DNA from: Bacillota bacterium
GTDB lineage: Bacteria; Bacillota_I; Bacilli_A; MAG-NZ
Length of the DNA: 54,020 nt
NCBI GenBank assembly: GCA_965657695.1
Contig: CBFHOU010000001.1
Location: 1,519-55,538, forward strand
Direction of reading: 5' to 3'
Each line of letters begins with the position of its first letter. Within the stretch, counting starts at the first letter, position 1. The position numbers were made by a program, and so were the translations under genes. Under the pieces are notes generated by a model. It made no database searches. It was not told the DNA's origin and saw only the letters and a list, made by a program, of their open reading frames with translations. Shown piece by piece: positions 7,106 to 16,433 of this stretch.

Positions 7106-8472
7106 GCATTTGCCTCCTTGAAGCATTTGCCACAGCGGCAGTGACGGTCACGGATATGCTCTATGAATTCGTCTTCAAAACTGTATAGAGCCGAATACAT
7201 CGTCATTCCCATCGCAACGCCTAATCCGCAAAGTGAAGCGGAACGCATGTGTTCAGCTAGGTCTTTCATCTTTTGTAAATCATCCATGGTCGCTTCACCT
7301 TGAATGATTTTCTCAAAGAATTGAGTCATTTTTCGAGTTCCTGCACGGCATGGGGTACAGCGACCACAACTTTCAATGGCAAGTAGGTCCACATTAAAGT
7401 GCATGAAGTGCATGAGACAAGTTGAATCATCAAGGAAGACCGTTCCGCCCGAACCAACCATAACTTGACGTTCTTTAAATAGATCGAACCTGATTGGCAT
7501 GTCAATGTCATCGGGTCCAAGCATCGTAATGTTTGGACTACCTGTTACAAAGGCTTTGAACTGACGGCCCTCACGAAGTCCGCCTCCCAGTTCAATTAAC
7601 TCTCGGATTGTTGTCCCAAGAGGGACCTCAACCGTTTTTGGCTCTCGTAATTGCCCGGTAAGCGTAAACACTTTTGTACCCTCACTGCCTTCAACACCAT
7701 AGGACGAAAACCATTCTCCACCGTTTAGTATTATTTGAGGAACGACCCCTAATGTCTCGACGTTATTGATGATGGTTGGTTTATTAAACAACCCTTCAAT
7801 AGCTGGGAATGGCGGTTTATTTTTGGAGTTCCCACGGAGTCCTTCGATGGAGGAAATAATGGCGGTTTCTTCTCCACAAATGTAAGCTCCTGCCCCGCGG
7901 TACATGATGACTTCAAAATCAAAGCCACTTCCCATGATGTTTTTGCCTAATAGATTTTTTTCTTTGGCTTGCTCAATGGCGTGTTCCATGACGCGTTGTG
8001 CTTCCGGATACTCATAACGAATGTATACATACCCAATAGTCGCCCCAGTTGCAAACCCAGCGATGACCATTCCTTCGATACAACTATGGGGGTCTTGACG
8101 CATAATAACACCATCAATGGTTGCTGCTGATTCTCCTTCATCGGCATTCATGATGATGTAGTGTTGTTGGTCGGATTCTTTTACAAAACTCCATTTTGTT
8201 CCGGTGGGGAATCCACCTCCGCTACGTCCTTTGAGGCCCGATTTTTTGACTTCACCAATTACGGACTCGGGCGTCATGGAAAAGAGCACTTTATGCAGTG
8301 CTTTATACCCATCACGAGCAATATATTCCTCAATAGAGTAGGGATCGATAATGTAGGCATTTTTCAGTTTGATATGGACTTCTTTGTCTTTATTGTGACG
8401 AAGGTCTACATTAAATTTCGGCCCAACTTTGGCTAAAGTTTCTTTTTGAATTCTGTTTAATTCTTGAATCAT
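7102..8472 (-). CDS. hydB: NuoF-like NAD(H)/FMN-binding flavoprotein subunit (HydB-like, minimal form)
   Basis: Motifs GRSGGGFPTGTKW, ADEGESAA, YICGEETA and ESCGRCTPCRAGT. GGAGG precedes the ATG. It overlaps the hydC stop. Confidence 0.9.
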   Translation of the reverse strand: MIQELNRIQKETLAKVGPKFNVDLRHNKDKEVHIKLKNAYIIDPYSIEEYIARDGYKALHKVLFSMTPESVIGEVKKSGLKGRSGGGFPTGTKWSFVKESDQQHYIIMNADEGESAATIDGVIMRQDPHSCIEGMVIAGFATGATIGYVYIRYEYPEAQRVMEHAIEQAKEKNLLGKNIMGSGFDFEVIMYRGAGAYICGEETAIISSIEGLRGNSKNKPPFPAIEGLFNKPTIINNVETLGVVPQIILNGGEWFSSYGVEGSEGTKVFTLTGQLREPKTVEVPLGTTIRELIELGGGLREGRQFKAFVTGSPNITMLGPDDIDMPIRFDLFKERQVMVGSGGTVFLDDSTCLMHFMHFNVDLLAIESCGRCTPCRAGTRKMTQFFEKIIQGEATMDDLQKMKDLAEHMRSASLCGLGVAMGMTMYSALYSFEDEFIEHIRDRHCRCGKCFKEANA

Positions 8473-8942
8473 TTGTCGGCCTCCAGTTTTGCTAATTCAT
8501 TACGTAATTCATCCATGCTGATGTGTTTATGAATGTGGTGATCAATTTCAACATTTGGCGAGTGCTCACAACGTCCGAAGCATCGTCCAATACGAAGACT
8601 AATATGCCCATCATCACGAGTTTCATGAGGTTCCACCCCTATCACTTCACTTGCTAGCTTCAATAATCCTTGACCATCTTGCATATAACATGAAGTTCCC
8701 AAACAGACTTCTACAACATGTTTTCCTAAAGGTTCCGTTGTAAAGTAGTCATAAAAGGTTACAATGCCACTGACACGAGCTACCGAGACGTCCATAACCT
8801 CTGCGATAATCTTCTGCGCTTCAACAGGGACACAACGAAACATATCTTGTGCGACATGAACCGCCGGCAGTAAACCATCGGGTCGGTTTTGGTAAACCGT
8901 TACTTGTTCTCTAAATTTTTGTAATTCTTCAGGTTGGTACAT
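8469..8942 (-). CDS. hydC: NuoE-like thioredoxin-fold [2Fe-2S] subunit (HydC-like)
   Basis: Motifs VCLGTSCYMQDG ... GRCFGRCEHSPN. The ATG at 8942 follows GGAGG. The upstream ATG at 8954 lies inside that RBS. Confidence 0.9.
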   Translation of the reverse strand: MYQPEELQKFREQVTVYQNRPDGLLPAVHVAQDMFRCVPVEAQKIIAEVMDVSVARVSGIVTFYDYFTTEPLGKHVVEVCLGTSCYMQDGQGLLKLASEVIGVEPHETRDDGHISLRIGRCFGRCEHSPNVEIDHHIHKHISMDELRNELAKLEADK

Positions 8943-9029
8943 AGGAACCTCCATCCTTTATAGTGTAACGAATAAACATGAGGATTAGTTTGAGCAAAAT
9001 CAATCATTTGACGAATTAAACATATCTCA

Positions 9030-9049
9030 AATGTAACATATGTTACATT
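9030..9049. promoter_or_regulatory. Perfect 20-bp palindrome in the divergent hydC / lipoprotein intergenic region (candidate operator)
   Basis: AATGTAACATATGTTACATT is exactly self-complementary. It lies about 90 nt upstream of hydC and about 60 nt upstream of the lipoprotein gene. Confidence 0.4.
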
Positions 9050-9079
9050 AATGGTTTCGTTGTTGTGTGTTGGCTAAGG

Positions 9080-9088
9080 TGATATAAT
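9080..9088 (+). promoter_or_regulatory. Extended -10 element (TGaTATAAT) upstream of the lipoprotein gene
   Basis: TGATATAAT lies 22 nt before the ATG at 9110. AGAGG is the RBS. No good -35 is present (TTGTTG at 17-nt spacing). Confidence 0.35.
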
Positions 9089-9109
9089 AGGAGAGCATTT
9101 AGAGGTCAC

Positions 9110-12100
9110 ATGAAAAAGCTAATAATCATAGCTGTTACGTCGTTTTTACTTCTTAGTCTTGCTGCCTGCGACACGGAACTTGTCGACATTCCGATTAATC
9201 CAGAGCCCGCTCCAGAGGTGGTTGAAGAAGAACCGGAAGTTAATGAGAATCCACCCGTTCAGACTGAACCAGAACAAGAGACGATCACTCCGGAAGTTAC
9301 TCCTGAGGTAGTCATTGAATTTATCGATCGTTTCATCGAAGTTCCGGCTGAGGTAGAACGTCTTCGTCGCTATCAACCCGGAACATATATGGCAGCTGAG
9401 CCAAGCCCTAATTCTCAAAATGGGCATGTTTTTGTTGTAGTTATGATTGATGATTATGGCTTTATCTCGAGTGTATATATTGATCAAACCATCTCGACCC
9501 GTGTGTTGTTTGTGAATCCATCGGGTCTCGTATACACCTTTGTTCAAGGAAATAATGTAAATATTCCTGACTCGTACCGTTTAATTGATGTGTCTCAACC
9601 GGTGTCTATGTATCCAACCGTTGATGATGCCATCCGTGTAACGGATTTAGTAGTGGGTATTGACAATACCGAAATTCGCCGTCTTACACGAACTGTGGTC
9701 AATGAGACCAAGCAAATTGGCTCGGACCGAGTCGTTGTTACCTCATCATTGTCGTATGAGGAACAAATGACATTAGTTGCTGATAAGGTGGTTCAGGACA
9801 ATACAACCTATGGATTTAATTTAATTAATCAAGGCAATATTGTCACAACAACAAGTATTCCTAATATTGACCAACCCCTCGATATACCGTTATTTCTTAT
9901 CCAATCTATCCTTGATGGCCCTGCAACGCTTTCATCTACAACATCTCTTCGTTCCTTAGATACCCCTCGTTATGGTGAGTATCAACCAGGACTTTATGTT
10001 GAGTACTCTCCAGCATTCGTCGAAAACGATGGGATTAATCATGCGATTAGTCTGATTGGTGTTGACCGATTTGGGCGGATCTTCTCAAGCTATATTGATG
10101 AAACGGTAGGGTCCACCGCTCGAACTGGAGTCTTTTCTTCCAAGCAAATCCTTGGGGATGCTTTTCCGGTGAATGGGTCCGATGCGACCTGGTCGCGCCA
10201 AGCAAACTCCATAAGTCAACAGATTATCTTTAATCAAGGAGTTGAAGGATTTACCTATCAACTCATTGGTGCACAGGGAAATGTGTCGAACATCTCGTAT
10301 CCATTTACAACATCATTACCGGTACAGCTTTCGAACCTTGAAGGGAGCGTCGTACCTGTTAACCACTTCATCGAAGCTGTTAATAATGCCTTAAGTAATG
10401 CTCGATTTGGTCACTACATTGACGGCGTTTATAACGTATTAGCTACAGATGGGTCTAATCAGTTTGCAATAGTAACCATCGAGAACAATACCATCATCGA
10501 CATTTATGTTGACCGATTCATTCGTTCATCTCAAGCGAGGTTATTCCGTCAAAATCAAGAAGTATCCTTAGAGAGCTTTCCTCGTTCCATCGGGACATTA
10601 ACCGCAACGAGAACGGTTCAAATTCCGGTATACCGTATTGGGTCCAGTTATTACTTTGCATCGAACCTAACACACTTAGGAAATGTTCCCATTATTGGGG
10701 AACAACAAATTACCCAAGATCAATTGGTTACATTATCTCTTCAAGAACGTGATCAATTATCCCCCGTATCTGCGGTTCAAACTTCGAGATTTTTAAAAGA
10801 CGTTGACGCATTACAAGCGCAATGGGTCCAACAAACCGATCAAGTCATTTCTCGTCTTGTCGATGCGGGAACAACAACGAGTTTCTTCCTATCAAATGGA
10901 CGGTTTTTGAGTTTAGTATCTGAACAATCGATTCCGGTTGAAAGCATCTTTAACCTAGTAACTAAAGCACTCTATCAAGCGAGAACCGAAGGCAATGCTG
11001 TTACAAATCTTGGTAGTAGTCTTGTTGATGTCCCCATTGCCGATGGCTCTTATGTCGCATTTCAAGCGCCAACATCAACAGGAGAAACTCCGTACTCCTA
11101 TATGATGGTTCGCAGTGGTCGAGTCGTCACTTGGGTTGTTGATCGAACACTGCTTCGCGGCGAAACCATGACGTCGATCTTATTAAGTTCAAGCTCTGTT
11201 GATACCTCTAGACAACGCGAAACTACTTCGTTAATGCAGCATTTACTCGATCAACAAACTGCCGTCATTTCTAGCACCATTGTTGATCCACTTCCAAACC
11301 TTACATTCCTCTCAGTAAGAGGACAGTCTGTATTCTCATCGACAACTTATGCCGATGAGATCTATGCTCAAATTGAATCCATTGATTCGGTTGTTCAACA
11401 AGCTGCTAGATCGCGACTAAATCAAGATATGCAAACCATTCAAGCGTACTTTGAATCGAATCCTAATACGTTTCCAACGCAACCATTAGTTGCCTTTCAA
11501 ACAAAAACTAGGTGGGTACCCTCAATCTTAAGTTTACCGACATTAAGTGCCAATTACCGCTTAGAATGGTCATCACCGAGTCGTGATATCGATATTGAAT
11601 TAGAGGGGCTGGGGTATACGTTCAGTGTGGAACAAGTGGCTGAAAATATAACAGTTCCTGTAACTGTGGACGTCTTCTTAGCCAACTCAAATCAACCGTA
11701 TCTGAATTTTACGTATGACTTGAATGTGATTCGTCGCTTTACAAATGGGCAACAGATTCTAAACGATGACACCTTTGATTTCCCAAGCCTTCGATTACTT
11801 GAAAATACAGCCTTCAATTTACCAACATCAAGTGAAGTTGATGTACGCTGGATAAGTTCGAATACAAACGCAATCTCTGCAGCGGGTCAGACGGTGGCTA
11901 CCAATGTTCCATTAACAGCAACGTTAACCGCTTATGTAGATTTGGATGCGAATGCGCAACAAGGACCCAATGAGCCATTTCGTGAATACAACATTACCGT
12001 ACTCCCTCGAGCCCAAGCGGTAGAAGAAGTGATTGCGAGACTAGACACCAACCAAATTGTTGAATACATTGATCCCGTTCTTGTCTTAGGTACAGACTCG

Positions 12101-12916
12101 AGTGTTTGGGGAATCACCTATACATGGAGCAGTTCGAGTCCTCAAGTTCGAATCTCGACCGTTTCTGGCATCTCGACATTAACCATTGGTAAACTCGATT
12201 TCCAGCAAGACGTTCCGATTACTGCAAGATTTAATTTACCCAATACAACCCATGCCGTCAGTTATCGTCTGGATGCGGGGAGGGTATCGATTTATGAGGA
12301 ATTTACATCGCTAGATATGCCCGAAGTTACGACTTCAAATACAATGATTCCGGGTCAAGCACTATTCAGTCCGCTTGGAAGTCGTGGTCTGCGTTTTGGA
12401 AGTGAGTTGTCCTTTATTACTACCGATTTTGGACGCTTTGTGAACACTAGTGGTGTAATCATTTATCAACATCCAACCGAAGACGCTTGTTTTGATCTTC
12501 GATTAACGGCGAACTATTCAGGTGGCATTACTAACTACTCACAAACAATTGAAGAGCCCTTCTGTGTTATTTCAACCAGATCACTTCAGACAAGATTAAA
12601 TGCCGATCGTAATCAAGTTCGTGATATTGTGATCGATTTATCACTCAATAACCACCGCGACCGTGTCATAACCTTACCGGTTATCGGTGATGTTTATGGA
12701 TACCCACTGATTTGGTCTGTTAATGATTCAGAAATTGTCGACCCAGCGCTATTTGATACAAGCGCATTATCAAGTGGCGTTTTAACGGTAAAAACATCGA
12801 ATCAAGATTTCACTACCACCGACGATCTTGTGCTGACTTTAACGGTTGAGGTTCCGCTATTTGGAGGGGCATACCAACGGGTTACCAAAAACATAACCAT
12901 CGACATTAGAGAGTAG
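9110..12916 (+). CDS. Giant repeat-containing lipoprotein (1268 aa), function unknown
   Basis: Signal peptide with lipobox (MKKLIIIAVTSFLLLSLAAC), followed by an acidic Pro/Glu linker. Then come four FMN_bind-like modules and about five Ig-like modules with W-x-S-S signatures. Confidence 0.9.
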   Translation: MKKLIIIAVTSFLLLSLAACDTELVDIPINPEPAPEVVEEEPEVNENPPVQTEPEQETITPEVTPEVVIEFIDRFIEVPAEVERLRRYQPGTYMAAEPSPNSQNGHVFVVVMIDDYGFISSVYIDQTISTRVLFVNPSGLVYTFVQGNNVNIPDSYRLIDVSQPVSMYPTVDDAIRVTDLVVGIDNTEIRRLTRTVVNETKQIGSDRVVVTSSLSYEEQMTLVADKVVQDNTTYGFNLINQGNIVTTTSIPNIDQPLDIPLFLIQSILDGPATLSSTTSLRSLDTPRYGEYQPGLYVEYSPAFVENDGINHAISLIGVDRFGRIFSSYIDETVGSTARTGVFSSKQILGDAFPVNGSDATWSRQANSISQQIIFNQGVEGFTYQLIGAQGNVSNISYPFTTSLPVQLSNLEGSVVPVNHFIEAVNNALSNARFGHYIDGVYNVLATDGSNQFAIVTIENNTIIDIYVDRFIRSSQARLFRQNQEVSLESFPRSIGTLTATRTVQIPVYRIGSSYYFASNLTHLGNVPIIGEQQITQDQLVTLSLQERDQLSPVSAVQTSRFLKDVDALQAQWVQQTDQVISRLVDAGTTTSFFLSNGRFLSLVSEQSIPVESIFNLVTKALYQARTEGNAVTNLGSSLVDVPIADGSYVAFQAPTSTGETPYSYMMVRSGRVVTWVVDRTLLRGETMTSILLSSSSVDTSRQRETTSLMQHLLDQQTAVISSTIVDPLPNLTFLSVRGQSVFSSTTYADEIYAQIESIDSVVQQAARSRLNQDMQTIQAYFESNPNTFPTQPLVAFQTKTRWVPSILSLPTLSANYRLEWSSPSRDIDIELEGLGYTFSVEQVAENITVPVTVDVFLANSNQPYLNFTYDLNVIRRFTNGQQILNDDTFDFPSLRLLENTAFNLPTSSEVDVRWISSNTNAISAAGQTVATNVPLTATLTAYVDLDANAQQGPNEPFREYNITVLPRAQAVEEVIARLDTNQIVEYIDPVLVLGTDSSVWGITYTWSSSSPQVRISTVSGISTLTIGKLDFQQDVPITARFNLPNTTHAVSYRLDAGRVSIYEEFTSLDMPEVTTSNTMIPGQALFSPLGSRGLRFGSELSFITTDFGRFVNTSGVIIYQHPTEDACFDLRLTANYSGGITNYSQTIEEPFCVISTRSLQTRLNADRNQVRDIVIDLSLNNHRDRVITLPVIGDVYGYPLIWSVNDSEIVDPALFDTSALSSGVLTVKTSNQDFTTTDDLVLTLTVEVPLFGGAYQRVTKNITIDIRE
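9371..11479 (+). repeat. Four divergent FMN_bind-like modules inside the lipoprotein
   Basis: Module starts are YQPGTYMAAE..VVVMIDDYGFISSVYIDQT (9371), YQPGLYVEYS..GVDRFGRIFSSYIDET (about 9971), YIDGVYNVLA..IENNTIIDIYVDRF (about 10406) and IADGSYVAFQ..RSGRVVTWVVDRT (about 11036). Confidence 0.5.
11507..12913 (+). repeat. About five Ig-like surface repeats (LP..x..W-x-SS...LTA...V type) inside the lipoprotein
   Basis: Recurrent signatures: YRLEWSSPSRDI, LPTSSEVDVRWISSNTNAISAAGQ..PLTATLTAYV..YNITVLP, ITYTWSSSSPQVRIS, PLIWSVNDSEIV..LVLTLTVEV..ITIDI. Confidence 0.55.
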
Positions 12917-12952
12917 ATTTAAAATAAGATTAAAAAAAATCGATTAAAAAAA

Positions 12953-12981
12953 GAAAAAAGCCTTGAGATACGGCTTTTTTT
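12953..12981 (+). terminator. Weak intrinsic terminator after the lipoprotein gene
   Basis: AAAAAAGCC-ttgagatac-GGCTTTTTTT: a short GC stem extended by A:T pairs, followed by a 7-T run. Confidence 0.4.
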
Positions 12982-13010
12982 CTAGTACTATTTATATTTG
13001 CAGGCAATGA

Positions 13011-13070
13011 AGTGCGAGGTTGCTGACACACTAGGGGGCGTTGCCATTGTCCCGGTCAGGTTTTCGCATC
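13011..13070 (+). promoter_or_regulatory. Structured 5' leader upstream of rpsJ (candidate S10-operon autoregulatory leader)
   Basis: Nested complementary segments: GCGA..TCGC (13014-17 / 13064-67), CTGAC..GTCAG (13023-27 / 13055-59), and GGG..CCC plus GGC-gtt-GCC inside. It ends about 40 nt before the rpsJ ATG. Confidence 0.3.
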
Positions 13071-13107
13071 GAGCTAGCTAATCCAGATATTAGTGAGAGG
13101 AGTATGT

Positions 13108-13410
13108 ATGGCAAATAAAATTCGTATCAAACTTCGTGCATATGATCATATGGTTATTGATCAATCCGCGATGAAGATTGTCGAGACGGCGAAGAAAACC
13201 GGATCGGATGTAGTGGGACCTGTTCCATTACCAACTAAAAAAGAGGTGTTTACAATTTTACGAAGTCCTCATGTTAACAAGGACTCCCGTGAACAGTTTG
13301 AACGCCGCACACACAAACGAATGATTGATATTGTGAATCCAACACCACAAACAATTGATTCGTTAATGCATCTAGACCTCCCATCAGGGGTCGAGATCGT
13401 AATTAAGTAG
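13108..13410 (+). CDS. rpsJ: 30S ribosomal protein S10 (uS10)
   Basis: N-terminus [14 protein letters not shown]. The ATG follows GAGAGGAG. It is the first gene of the S10 operon. Confidence 0.97.
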   Translation: MANKIRIKLRAYDHMVIDQSAMKIVETAKKTGSDVVGPVPLPTKKEVFTILRSPHVNKDSREQFERRTHKRMIDIVNPTPQTIDSLMHLDLPSGVEIVIK

Positions 13411-13422
13411 AGGAGTACAGAC

Positions 13423-14052
13423 ATGACTAAAGGAATCTTAGGACAAAAACTCGGTATGACACAAATCTTCAACGAAGAAGGAATCCTTGTGCCAGTGACC
13501 GTGATTGATTGTAACCAAAATGTTGTGCTGCAAAAGAAATCGGTTGAGATTGACGGGTATGAGTCGGTTCAAGTCGGATACGGGGTTAAACCCGAACGCC
13601 GTGCGAACAAACCAGAACTTGGGCATCTCAAAGCGAGTGGCTCAGCACCTAAGCGCTTCGTGAAAGAATTACGTATGACTGACATGTTGGAATATGAAGT
13701 CGGTCAAGAAGTCCCTGTGACAATTTTTGAACCCGGCCATGTGGTCGACGTTCAAGGAACATCAAAAGGGAAAGGATTTACCGGTACCATTCGACGTAAC
13801 AACCAATCTCGAGGACCAATGAGTCACGGTTCGAGATATCATCGTCGACCAGGTTCGATGGGTCCTGTTGCTCCTAACCGAGTGGCAAAAGGGAAGATTA
13901 TCCCAGGGCAAGAAGGTCACAAGACCGTCACCCTTCAGAATTTAGAAATCGTCAAAGTGGATGCAGAGCGTGGTCTCTTATTAATTAAGGGTAACGTTCC
14001 GGGTCCTAATAAATCATTCGTAAGCATCAAACACGCCGTGAAAGGTCAATAG
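13423..14052 (+). CDS. rplC: 50S ribosomal protein L3 (uL3)
   Basis: N-terminus [16 protein letters not shown], and operon order. Confidence 0.97.
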   Translation: MTKGILGQKLGMTQIFNEEGILVPVTVIDCNQNVVLQKKSVEIDGYESVQVGYGVKPERRANKPELGHLKASGSAPKRFVKELRMTDMLEYEVGQEVPVTIFEPGHVVDVQGTSKGKGFTGTIRRNNQSRGPMSHGSRYHRRPGSMGPVAPNRVAKGKIIPGQEGHKTVTLQNLEIVKVDAERGLLLIKGNVPGPNKSFVSIKHAVKGQ

Positions 14053-14069
14053 TCAGAAAGGAGCGTATC

Positions 14070-14693
14070 ATGCCGAAAGTATCATTGCTTAATCAAGCAG
14101 GAAAAAAACTAAAAGAAATTACGTTGTCGGATGCGGTATTTGGGATTGAACCCAATCACCAAGCTCTTTATGACGTAGTCAAAGCCCAACAGGCTGCGAT
14201 GCGACAAGGTTCGCAAAAAGCGAAAACCCGAAGCGAAGTTCGTGGTGGGGGTCGTAAACCTTGGCGTCAAAAAGGGACTGGTCGCGCTCGTCAAGGGTCG
14301 ATTCGTTCACCTCATTGGCGAGGTGGTGGGGTGGTCTTTGCACCGGTTCCCCGCGATTACTCTGTCAAAGTGAACAAACAAGTTCGTCAGTTAGCACTTC
14401 GCAGTGCATACTCGTCGAAAGTTGCAGCTAGTGTCTTACAAGTTGTCGACAAATTAGCGTTTGCTGAATTCAAAACCAAAGCGTTTGCTGAAATGCTAAC
14501 TGCATTGCAAGCAAATGGCCGTACTGTGATTGTGACGGAAGACATGGATGAAAAAGTATTCAAGTCTGCAAGTAACCTTCCCGGGACATCGGTCTACACC
14601 TGGAGTCATGCGAGTGTTGTGGACATTTTAAATGCTGACAACATCGTCATCACCGAAGGGGCAGCGCGTCAACTCGAGGAGGTGCTCGGATGA
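14070..14693 (+). CDS. rplD: 50S ribosomal protein L4 (uL4)
   Basis: Motif GGGRKPWRQKGTGRARQGS, and operon order. Confidence 0.97.
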   Translation: MPKVSLLNQAGKKLKEITLSDAVFGIEPNHQALYDVVKAQQAAMRQGSQKAKTRSEVRGGGRKPWRQKGTGRARQGSIRSPHWRGGGVVFAPVPRDYSVKVNKQVRQLALRSAYSSKVAASVLQVVDKLAFAEFKTKAFAEMLTALQANGRTVIVTEDMDEKVFKSASNLPGTSVYTWSHASVVDILNADNIVITEGAARQLEEVLG

Positions 14694-14974
14694 AAAACAT
14701 GTATGACATTATCAAACGTCCGATCATTACAGAAAAATCATTAAAACTAGTTGAACTTGGGAAATATACCTTTGAAGTGGCCCAAGAAGTCAACAAAGTC
14801 GAAGTCAAAAAAGCGATCAGTGAAATCTTTAAGGTCGATGTGGTCAAAGTGAACCTAATCAATGGGATTGCAAAAAAACGTCGCGTTGGTCAAAACACTG
14901 GACTTCGTCCTAAAGTGAAGAAAGCAATTGTAACCTTGAAAACCGGGCAAACAATTGACGTCTTCGAGGTCTAG
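14690..14974 (+). CDS. rplW: 50S ribosomal protein L23 (uL23)
   Basis: Motif [16 protein letters not shown] overlap with rplD. Confidence 0.96.
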   Translation: MKNMYDIIKRPIITEKSLKLVELGKYTFEVAQEVNKVEVKKAISEIFKVDVVKVNLINGIAKKRRVGQNTGLRPKVKKAIVTLKTGQTIDVFEV

Positions 14975-14982
14975 GAGGATTT

Positions 14983-15810
14983 ATGCCAATTAAAACCTAT
15001 AAACCGACCACCAATGGTCGTCGCGGAATGTCCACCCTTGATTTCGCTGAAATCACAAAAACCACCCCAGAGAAATCGTTGTTAGCACCGATTTCGAAAA
15101 AGGGGGGTCGTAACAATGTTGGACGCTTAAGTGTTCGCCACCAAGGTGGGGGCCACAAACGTAAATACCGTGTTATTGATTTTAAACGTATTAAAGATGG
15201 TGTACCTGCAACGGTTAAAGCGATTGAATATGATCCAAACCGTAGCGCAAACATTGCATTACTCTACTATGCAGATGGTGCGAAAGCGTACATTATTGCA
15301 CCCAAAGGACTTCAAGTCGGTGCTGTGGTTGAATCAGGCCCTGGTGCAGATATTAGAGTCGGAAATGCACTACCACTTATTAATATCCCAGTTGGGACAA
15401 CGGTTCACAGTGTTGAACTAAGTCCAGGTGGCGGAGGACAACTCGCTCGCTCCGCAGGAGCAAGTGTTGAGATCTTGGGTCGTGAAGACAAATACGTCAT
15501 CATCCGTCTCAACTCTGGCGAAGTGCGTAAAGTATTAAATACATGTCGTGCAACCATTGGGGTTGTTGGAAACGAAGAACACAACCTTGTCAACATCGGC
15601 AAAGCCGGTCGTAAGCGTCATATGGGAATCAAACCAACCGTTCGTGGTTCGGTTATGAACCCGAATGACCACCCTCACGGTGGGGGTGAAGGTCGTGCTC
15701 CCATTGGTCGTACACAACCTGTGTCGCCTTGGGGTAAACCAGCATTAGGGAAGAAAACACGTCGTTCTGGTCAGTCTGATAAATTGATTGTCCGTCGTCG
15801 TACAGCGTAG
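14983..15810 (+). CDS. rplB: 50S ribosomal protein L2 (uL2)
   Basis: Motifs [12 protein letters not shown] and [13 protein letters not shown]. Confidence 0.98.
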   Translation: MPIKTYKPTTNGRRGMSTLDFAEITKTTPEKSLLAPISKKGGRNNVGRLSVRHQGGGHKRKYRVIDFKRIKDGVPATVKAIEYDPNRSANIALLYYADGAKAYIIAPKGLQVGAVVESGPGADIRVGNALPLINIPVGTTVHSVELSPGGGGQLARSAGASVEILGREDKYVIIRLNSGEVRKVLNTCRATIGVVGNEEHNLVNIGKAGRKRHMGIKPTVRGSVMNPNDHPHGGGEGRAPIGRTQPVSPWGKPALGKKTRRSGQSDKLIVRRRTA

Positions 15811-15818
15811 GAGAGATT

Positions 15819-16094
15819 ATGTCTAGATCATTAAAAAAAGGCCCATTCGCAGACGATCACTTACTTAATAAAGTAAAAGTCTTGAATGATGCAAATAAAA
15901 AACAAGTTATCCAAACCTGGTCTCGTCGTTCTGCGATCTTTCCTAATTTCGTCGGGCATACGATTGCGGTCCACAATGGCCGTGAACATGTTCCTGTTTA
16001 TGTCACAGAAGATATGGTTGGGCACAAACTCGGTGAGTTTGCCCCAACCAGAACATACCGTGGTCATGACAAGGACAAAAAGGTAGGTAAATAA
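15819..16094 (+). CDS. rpsS: 30S ribosomal protein S19 (uS19)
   Basis: Motifs [10 protein letters not shown] and VHNGREH. Confidence 0.97.
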   Translation: MSRSLKKGPFADDHLLNKVKVLNDANKKQVIQTWSRRSAIFPNFVGHTIAVHNGREHVPVYVTEDMVGHKLGEFAPTRTYRGHDKDKKVGK

Positions 16095-16429
16095 TGGAAG
16101 TTAAAGCACAAAAAAGACTTCTTCGAGTGGCACCACGCAAAGCTCGTTTGGTTACAGACCTTGTTCGTGGAAAAGATTGTGGTCAAGCAATAGCGATCCT
16201 ACGAAATAGTAAACAACATGTTGCTAAAGATGTTGAGAAATTAATTCGTAGTGCAATGGCAAATGCTGAACACAATAACGATATGGATATCAACAACTTA
16301 GTTATTGCCAAAATCTATGCTGATGAAGGACCGGTTCTAAAACGAATCCGTGCCGGATCTCGAGGTAGTGCAAGTAGAATTAACAAGCGTACATCCACCA
16401 TCACGGTGTTTGTCGCAGAAAAGGAGTAG
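16094..16429 (+). CDS. rplV: 50S ribosomal protein L22 (uL22)
   Basis: Motif [18 protein letters not shown]. It sits between rpsS and rpsC. Confidence 0.96.
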   Translation: MEVKAQKRLLRVAPRKARLVTDLVRGKDCGQAIAILRNSKQHVAKDVEKLIRSAMANAEHNNDMDINNLVIAKIYADEGPVLKRIRAGSRGSASRINKRTSTITVFVAEKE

Positions 16430-16433
16430 TGGA

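Noticed and set aside
9030-9049. Calling the 20-bp palindrome a Rex (redox-sensing repressor) box because it precedes a hydrogenase operon
   Set aside because: The half-site ATGTAAC / GTTACAT does not match the Rex consensus as I recall it (TTGTGAA-N6-TTCACAA or TTGTTAA-N4-TTAACAA) beyond general AT-rich symmetry. It is kept only as an unassigned operator candidate.
9146-9547. A 133-aa - strand ORF overlapping the 5' end of the giant lipoprotein gene
   Set aside because: It has a TTG start and no RBS, and it is antisense to a 3.8-kb uninterrupted ORF with a clear lipoprotein signal.
9371-11479. Claiming that the giant lipoprotein is covalently flavinylated like PplA or RnfG
   Set aside because: I looked for [ST]GA[ST] sites preceded by D-x-x and found none in the four modules; only GSDAT and GSDR occur. 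Only the fold-level resemblance is reported.
12928-12952. The direct repeat GATTAAAAAAA(A) x2 and A-tracts after the lipoprotein stop, considered as a possible UP element or bent-DNA signal
   Set aside because: It lies upstream of the terminator rather than next to an identifiable promoter. Low-complexity A-runs of this kind are common in AT-rich intergenic DNA.
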